Shown piece by piece: positions 26,258 through 32,000 of a stretch of 32,000 nucleotides of DNA. The DNA is taken from positions 2,910,001 through 2,942,000 of the forward strand of contig NZ_CP011041.1 of assembly GCF_002310835.1 (NCBI RefSeq), written 5' to 3'. Below the pieces are notes generated by a model. The model did no database searches. It saw only the letters and a list, made by a program, of their open reading frames with translations, and was not told where the DNA came from. The position numbers and the translations under genes were made by a program. Position 1 is the first letter of the stretch, and each line of letters opens with the position of its first letter. Source of the stretch: Pseudoalteromonas tetraodonis (GTDB lineage: Bacteria; Pseudomonadota; Gammaproteobacteria; Enterobacterales; Alteromonadaceae).

Positions 26258-27451
26258 ATGATTAATTTAACAAATAAAAAAATAGTGCTGGGTATTAGCG
26301 GTGGAATTGCAGCGTATAAATGTGCTGAACTCGTAAGACGCTTAAAAGACCATGGTTGTGACGTTAAAGTAGTAATGACCGAATCAGCAAAACATTTTAT
26401 CACCCCGCTAACCATGCAAGCTGTGAGTGGTGAAATGGTGTCTGACTCATTGCTAGACCCATCAGCCGAAGCCGCTATGGGACATATTGAATTTGCCAAA
26501 TGGGCTGATTTAATTTTAGTTGCCCCTGCCACCAGCAATATTATTGCGAAAATGGCCGCAGGGATTGCTGACGACTTGCTCACGACTTTATTACTGGCGA
26601 CCCCCGCAAAAGTTGCCATAGCGCCAGCTATGAATCAGCAAATGTACGCACACCTTGCAACGCAAACTAATATAGCCACTTTAAAGGCTCGTGGCGTTGC
26701 TGTTTGGGGACCAGGTAAGGGTGAGCAAGCTTGTGGTGATGTCGGTGCTGGGCGAATGCTTGAACCGCATGAATTAGTGAGTTTATGCACTGAACCTGCG
26801 CAACCACAACTCTTAGCAGGTAAAACAATTACAATTACCGCAGGCCCAACCCGTGAACCTCTCGATCCTGTTCGTTTTATATCAAATCATAGCTCTGGAA
26901 AAATGGGCTATGCACTGGCGCAAGCTGCGTTATCATTTGGCGCACACGTGAACTTAATTTCAGGCCCGGTAACTATTACAGCACCGCAAGGTGTTAATTT
27001 AATTAATATAGAAAGTGCTGAACAGTTACTGCATGAGTCACTCAAATATGCGCCTCACTCAGATGCCTTTATTGGTTGTGCCGCTGTGGCCGATTATCGT
27101 GCAGCAAGTATCGCCACGCAAAAAATGAAAAAACAAGGCGATGAACTCACTCTTAGCTTAGTTAAAAACCCAGATGTAATAGCCGCGGTTGCAAACCTCA
27201 CACAAAACCGCCCTTACACCGTCGGCTTCGCCGCAGAAACGCAGAACGTTGCTAATTACGCAAAGGGGAAACTAACCAATAAAAACCTCGATATGATTTG
27301 TGCCAACGATGTATCGCACAGTGATGTAGGCTTTAATTCTGAGCGCAACGCACTCACCCTGTATTGGCAAAATGAACAACTCGACTTACCTGAAACCAGT
27401 AAAATAGAAATAGCGGTTAAAGTGATCGAGCAGCTCGCCAAACGATTATAA
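26258..27451 (+). CDS. coaBC: Bifunctional phosphopantothenoylcysteine decarboxylase / phosphopantothenate-cysteine ligase
   Basis: The flavoprotein N-domain ([16 protein letters not shown]) and the CoaB C-domain ([25 protein letters not shown]) are present. The length is 397 aa. Confidence 0.95.
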   Translation: MINLTNKKIVLGISGGIAAYKCAELVRRLKDHGCDVKVVMTESAKHFITPLTMQAVSGEMVSDSLLDPSAEAAMGHIEFAKWADLILVAPATSNIIAKMAAGIADDLLTTLLLATPAKVAIAPAMNQQMYAHLATQTNIATLKARGVAVWGPGKGEQACGDVGAGRMLEPHELVSLCTEPAQPQLLAGKTITITAGPTREPLDPVRFISNHSSGKMGYALAQAALSFGAHVNLISGPVTITAPQGVNLINIESAEQLLHESLKYAPHSDAFIGCAAVADYRAASIATQKMKKQGDELTLSLVKNPDVIAAVANLTQNRPYTVGFAAETQNVANYAKGKLTNKNLDMICANDVSHSDVGFNSERNALTLYWQNEQLDLPETSKIEIAVKVIEQLAKRL

Positions 27452-27674
27452 AAAGGCTGGAAACAAACTGAATAAAACATTAACATGATGACGCCTTGTG
27501 ACCTTTTGGTGTAATTTTACTACGCTAAAATAGCTTAACGCTTGCGCATTACTAATGTATCGCTGTAATACGTGCAAAAACACCCCATTGAGTATTGCGC
27601 GCTGTAACACTTGGCACAAAGCTGTGTTATCGCACATTTATGTTGAAAAAAATAACTATTAAAAAGGAATGTTC

Positions 27675-28262
27675 ATGCCTGCGACAAAAAAAAGTAATCG
27701 CAAAGAGCAAATACTGCAAGCACTCGCACAAATGTTAGAAACCAGCCCAGGCCAGCGTATTACAACAGCCAAACTTGCCGCAGAAGTTGGCGTATCTGAA
27801 GCCGCTCTTTATCGCCACTTTCCTAGTAAAGCGCGCATGTTTGAAGGGTTAATTGAATTTATTGAAGACACGCTGCTATCACGTATTAATCTTATTTTAG
27901 ATAACGAGAAAGAAAGTAAAGCACGTGTATACAACACCCTATTACTGCTGCTAACGTTTGCCGAAAAAAACCCAGGCATAACCCGTATATTAACAGGCGA
28001 TGCTCTACAGGGTGAACAAGAGCGACTTCGTGAGCGTGTACAAGGCTTATTTGAAAAGCTAGAAACCCAATTTAAACAAATCCTTAGAGAGCGTAAGCTA
28101 CGTGAAGGTAAAAACTTCCAAAGCGATGAGTTAACCCTAGCTAACTTTTTGCTTGCCTACGTTGAAGGTAAAATGAATCAGTTTGTGCGCAGTAATTTTA
28201 GTGCACGACCTAGCGAGCAATTTGAAAAACAATGGCCAGAGCTTCAAAAAATTTGGTTATAA
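27675..28262 (+). CDS. slmA: Nucleoid occlusion factor SlmA (TetR family)
   Basis: [39 protein letters not shown] is near-identical to the E. coli SlmA HTH region as I recall it. I prefer the second ATG (27675), which has AAGGA 6 nt upstream, over the track start at 27669. Confidence 0.92.
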   Translation: MPATKKSNRKEQILQALAQMLETSPGQRITTAKLAAEVGVSEAALYRHFPSKARMFEGLIEFIEDTLLSRINLILDNEKESKARVYNTLLLLLTFAEKNPGITRILTGDALQGEQERLRERVQGLFEKLETQFKQILRERKLREGKNFQSDELTLANFLLAYVEGKMNQFVRSNFSARPSEQFEKQWPELQKIWL

Positions 28263-28606
28263 GGTTTTAGTTAATTTTGCTAGCAAGGTTATTAAATTAA
28301 ACTATTTAGCCATTTCTTATAATCTATTCCACATAAACTCTGTGTTCTTTTTATAAATTAGACTTAAAAATAAATTTGAACACAGAGCTGAAAGTAAAAA
28401 AATTGAAAACCACAATTAAACTTCCGCTTCCCTAACTTTTTACGGATACTTAGCACCTCGCATTCCGTAGCCCGAAAGTTTTACCTTTTACCTTTTACCT
28501 TATATTTTTAACCTCTCATCTCTGCCCTGCTACCACTTATCGTATCTACTCGAATTGTTATTAAAACTCGTTACAATAAAATAATGTTAAAAAACGAGAA
28601 TCTATA

Positions 28607-31354
28607 ATGAAAACACAACTCACTCTTGTAGGCTGTGCACTTATTACCAGCTTAACGAGCGCCAGTGCTTTAGCTAATAAGCCACTAGAATTTAAAGATG
28701 TATTTGATTTTAAATCTGCAAAAGGCACGCAGCTTTCTGAAAATGGTCAAATCCTTTCTTTAAGTGCAACCCCTTATCGCGGGAATGCTACCGGGAAAGT
28801 CTACTCACTCAATAGCAATAAGCTTATTGCTGAAGTGGAACGAGGAACCCGTCCTACCATTAGCAAAATGGCTAACTGGGTCGCATTTACGCAGGTGCCT
28901 ACTCTGCTTGAAAAAGAAACCACTAAGAAAAAAAGTGACTTAAAAAATAACTTAGTATTAGTGAACACCCAAACCGGTGAGCAGCAAAGCTTTAATAATG
29001 TAAAAGATTACGTGCTAGCTAATAACGGCCAGTGGCTGGCCTATCGCAAAAATGAAAACGCTGAAGAAGACGATAAAAAGCTCGACAGCGACAGCGCTAT
29101 CACTGCCGACAAAAAAGATAAAAGCTATCCGCTGGTTATCATCAACTTAAGTGACAAACGCACTCATACTCTTGAAAGTGCCTTTACCTATGGCATTAGT
29201 GCCACCAGCGATCAACTATTGGTGAGTCAAAGCTATGTGGATGGCGGCAATAATCAAATTACCTTATTTTCACTCGATAATTTTACCAGCACCGTATTAA
29301 TTGATGAGCCTGGTGTGGTTGCTAGCAAAATAGCGTGGCACCCAATCGAAAAAACCGTTGCGTTTACCTTAGGCAACTATGTAAACGATGATAAGCGTCG
29401 TCGTCAGTACGAATTAACGCTGTGGCAAAACGACACGCTAACCACTGTGCAATCACCTAACCCAGAATGGTTAATGGGCAAAACCGCGACATTAACTTGG
29501 GCCGAAGATGGTACACGTTTATACTTTGAAAACCGCCCAAAACTCGCAGCAAAAATTAAACAAAAAGAATACACAGATGAGTCATCACTGTATGACTTTG
29601 AGGTAATTCGCGACCATAAAGGGTTAAATGTATGGCACAACAATGACGCGCAAATTAAACCTCGCGAAGAGCAGCAATGGAATGAAAATAATAAAAACCG
29701 TCATTACACGGCGGTATACCATGTAAACTCACAGCAAGTCGTTCAGTTAAGCACGCCAAATATGCCTGAGCTGTCGCTTAATACTGAGCGTGCCACTTCA
29801 TTGTTAGGCTACTCAAATTTAGCGCATCTTGAAAAAGTAATGTATGGCGGTTTTTTTGCTGACTACTTTGCTGTTGATATAAACACGGGTAAACAGACTC
29901 CTATCATTAACGACTATCCATTTAGACCGAGCCTTGCGCCCAATGGGCAGTTTGCTGCTTACTTTGATAATAACCAAGTACAGCTTAAAAACTTAGGTAA
30001 TAATAAAGTGAGCGTACTCAGCAAGGCGATTAACGCCACGTTTGCCGATGACAAACACGACTATCCATCCAAGCAGCCTGGTTATGGTTTTGCAGGCTGG
30101 CTGAACGATAGCAGCGAAATACTGGTTTACAGCAAATACGATATTTGGTCGTTTAACGTCAATACCAAGCAAGCTAAACGCTTAACTAATGGTAAAAAAA
30201 GTAACACGCAATACAGAGTGATCAAACTTGATAAAAACCAAGTAGCCTTTAACAACAATGATACGCTCCTGCTTTCTGCAATTAATTTACAAAGCAAGCA
30301 AAGTGAAGTGGCAAAACTTAATTTAGCAACTCTTGAAGTCACTGAATTACTTACAGGTAATAAGCGCTTTGATGTAATTAAAAAGGCCAAACATGCCGAT
30401 AAATACTTATTTACTGAGCAAACCTATCAGCAATTTCCAGACATTTATCAAACAGACTCTAACTTTAAACAACCACAACGCGTAACTAACCTTAACCCTC
30501 AGATAAGCAACTTTGCTTGGGGACAAGCACCTGAACTCATTAGCTATAAAGGCTTTGATGGTGAAGATTTACAAGGGGTATTAATCAAGCCTGCCGGCTA
30601 CAAAAAAGGCGATAAAGTGCCTGTTGTGGTGTACTTTTACCGCTACATGAGCCAGCGCATGTATGACTTTCCAAAAATGGAATTAAATCATCGCCCTAAT
30701 TTCCCGATGTTTACCTCAAATGGCTACGCCATTTTTTTACCTGACATTCGCTTTGAAATAGGACACCCCGGTAAATCTTCAACTCAAACCATGATCAACG
30801 CCACCCAAAAGCTGATTGATTTAGGCATTGCCGACCCAGATAAAATAGGTTTACAAGGCCACTCTTGGGCGGGTTATCAAAGTGCATTTATGATCACCCA
30901 AACTGATATGTTTAAAGCAGTGGTATCGGGCGCGCCAGTGTCTAACATGACCAGTGCTTACAGTGGCATTCGCTTAAAATCTGGACTTGCACGCCAATTT
31001 CAATACGAAACAGGGCAAAGCCGTATTGGTAAAAATTTATTTGAAGCACCTGAGCTTTATATTGAAAACTCACCGGTATTTTTTGCCGATAAAGTAAACA
31101 CGCCTATCTTAATTATGTTTGGCGACAAAGATGATGCGGTGCCATGGCATGAAGGCGTGCAATATTACTTAGCGCTTCGCCGCGCAGGTAAAGATGCAAC
31201 CTTTTTACAATACGAAGGTGAACCACACCACTTGAAAAAGTTTCCTAATCAGGTCGATTTTTCAGTGCGTATGATGCAGTACTTTGATCATTATCTTAAA
31301 GGCAAACCGGCCGCTAAGTGGATGAAAGAAGGTGAAGCGTTTATCGAAGAGTAA
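28607..31354 (+). CDS. Secreted S9-family serine peptidase (prolyl oligopeptidase / dipeptidyl-peptidase-like)
   Basis: 915 aa with a signal peptide and a long N-terminal beta-propeller-like region. The C-terminal alpha/beta hydrolase domain carries the nucleophile motif GHSWAGY, followed by GDKDDAV and a distal His (EPHH). Confidence 0.85.
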   Translation: MKTQLTLVGCALITSLTSASALANKPLEFKDVFDFKSAKGTQLSENGQILSLSATPYRGNATGKVYSLNSNKLIAEVERGTRPTISKMANWVAFTQVPTLLEKETTKKKSDLKNNLVLVNTQTGEQQSFNNVKDYVLANNGQWLAYRKNENAEEDDKKLDSDSAITADKKDKSYPLVIINLSDKRTHTLESAFTYGISATSDQLLVSQSYVDGGNNQITLFSLDNFTSTVLIDEPGVVASKIAWHPIEKTVAFTLGNYVNDDKRRRQYELTLWQNDTLTTVQSPNPEWLMGKTATLTWAEDGTRLYFENRPKLAAKIKQKEYTDESSLYDFEVIRDHKGLNVWHNNDAQIKPREEQQWNENNKNRHYTAVYHVNSQQVVQLSTPNMPELSLNTERATSLLGYSNLAHLEKVMYGGFFADYFAVDINTGKQTPIINDYPFRPSLAPNGQFAAYFDNNQVQLKNLGNNKVSVLSKAINATFADDKHDYPSKQPGYGFAGWLNDSSEILVYSKYDIWSFNVNTKQAKRLTNGKKSNTQYRVIKLDKNQVAFNNNDTLLLSAINLQSKQSEVAKLNLATLEVTELLTGNKRFDVIKKAKHADKYLFTEQTYQQFPDIYQTDSNFKQPQRVTNLNPQISNFAWGQAPELISYKGFDGEDLQGVLIKPAGYKKGDKVPVVVYFYRYMSQRMYDFPKMELNHRPNFPMFTSNGYAIFLPDIRFEIGHPGKSSTQTMINATQKLIDLGIADPDKIGLQGHSWAGYQSAFMITQTDMFKAVVSGAPVSNMTSAYSGIRLKSGLARQFQYETGQSRIGKNLFEAPELYIENSPVFFADKVNTPILIMFGDKDDAVPWHEGVQYYLALRRAGKDATFLQYEGEPHHLKKFPNQVDFSVRMMQYFDHYLKGKPAAKWMKEGEAFIEE

Positions 31355-31372
31355 CCACTAGAAGTTAAAAAA

Positions 31373-31404
31373 CCCCGATAGCACTGCGTGATATCGGGGT
31401 TTTT
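31373..31404 (+). terminator. Rho-independent terminator after the peptidase gene
   Basis: CCCCGATA, an 11-nt loop, then TATCGGGG followed by TTTTT. Confidence 0.85.
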
Positions 31405-31639
31405 AACTATGTAATCATCATCACTTTAAAGAGAGTGTCCAAAGTAATAATGTGCCCGTCATATCTCTAGCTGAAGATCTACTCGCTATCACTGCAATGC
31501 AGAACTGTATTTTGCATACAAAAATAGCGCAAGCTAGATAACCCTTTCTTTTTGTAGTTATTTACTCGGTACTTTTATATGAGCGGGTTATGAGTAATAA
31601 TCAGTCAATAAAAAAGACACAGTCTAAGAGAAATAAAGC

Positions 31640-32000
31640 ATGCTAGATTTTTGGTACAAAGGACTACCACAGTATCCAAAAGATCATAAAGACTTTTGGC
31701 GCACACGCTTAATTGCTCATTCATTATTAACGGCAACCTGCTACTTTTTAGTTTTAACCCTACTCAACCTGTTCTACTTTCACAGTTACGATATTGCCGC
31801 CATTGATGCATTAGGCTTAGTTATATCATTAGCTATTTATGGCTGGTTTAGTAAAACTGCAAATGTAAGTGCTGCGGCATGGGCAGTTACATTTATGGTC
31901 GTTAGTTTAATAATGACATTTGTTATCTCTGTCGGTGGCCTTGCTCACTCTTTATTTTGGGCAACACTTATTCCCCCTTTTGCGTTTTTTTTAGTGGGTA
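31640..32000 (+). CDS. 5' part of an integral membrane protein that runs off the window. It may be the sensor N-terminus of a signalling protein
   Basis: The frame is open from the ATG at 31640 to the window end (120 codons). The translation MLDFWYKGLPQYPKDHKDFWRTRLIAHSLLTATCYFLVLTLLNLFYF... contains several hydrophobic helices. The functional guess rests on topology only. Confidence 0.5.
   Translation, partial: MLDFWYKGLPQYPKDHKDFWRTRLIAHSLLTATCYFLVLTLLNLFYFHSYDIAAIDALGLVISLAIYGWFSKTANVSAAAWAVTFMVVSLIMTFVISVGGLAHSLFWATLIPPFAFFLVG

Noticed and set aside
8685-27637. Many 60-130-aa ORFs embedded in core genes. Examples: 8685-8891, 9180-9374, 9522-9713 and 10037-10252 in rapA; 13416-13769; 15364-15729; 18325-18639; 19023-19415; 20045-20425; 23131-23409; 26218-26619; 27256-27486
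   Set aside because: All overlap confidently identified conserved genes, mostly antisense and a few in another frame of the same strand (for example 9608-9835). None has independent support.
27452-27674. Absence of dut between coaBC and slmA, which are separated by dut in E. coli
   Set aside because: The 217-nt spacer shows no dut remnant in any frame that I can see. Gene order at this junction differs among lineages. Without comparative genomes this is not evidence of a deletion or of anything functional.
1-32000. Scan for tRNA, rRNA, CRISPR arrays, integrases, transposases, reverse transcriptases and prophage structural genes
   Set aside because: I found no regularly spaced direct repeats, no tRNA-like T-arm consensus in the intergenic regions inspected, and no ORF with recognisable recombinase or RT motifs. 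This was a visual scan only, so small RNAs could have been missed.

Overview
The window looks like a marine gammaproteobacterial chromosome (Alteromonadales/Pseudoalteromonas-like by gene order; not verifiable here). It splits into two parts.

**Core region (about 7.8-32 kb).** This is well-conserved housekeeping synteny: rapA, rluA, a secreted DUF3530-like protein, djlA, murU-amgK, lptD-surA-pdxA-rsmA-apaG-apaH, a methyl-accepting chemotaxis protein with a sigma-28-type promoter, rpmB-rpmG, radC, coaBC, slmA, an S9 serine peptidase, and the start of a membrane protein.

**Accessory region (1-6.66 kb), all genes on the minus strand.**
- A copper/silver-type metal module: the adaptor 5' end, a TolC-family outer-membrane factor, a DUF411 CopG-like protein, and a Cys/His/Met-rich secreted protein.
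- A cassette of four proteins with no family I can recognise (120, 345, 105 and about 96 aa). They show internal homology: a shared N-terminal module, and a tandem paralogue pair of which one copy is frameshifted.
- A complete PIN-PhoH (PhoH2-type) NTPase.

**Boundary.** The accessory block ends at about 6661/6662, inside a second, divergent PIN-PhoH gene. That gene is cut off exactly before its Walker B motif.

**Best candidate for an undescribed system.** The orphan cassette plus the PIN-PhoH gene (about 2.65-6.47 kb). Any function for it is inference only.

No tRNA, rRNA, CRISPR array, transposase or integrase was seen in the window.
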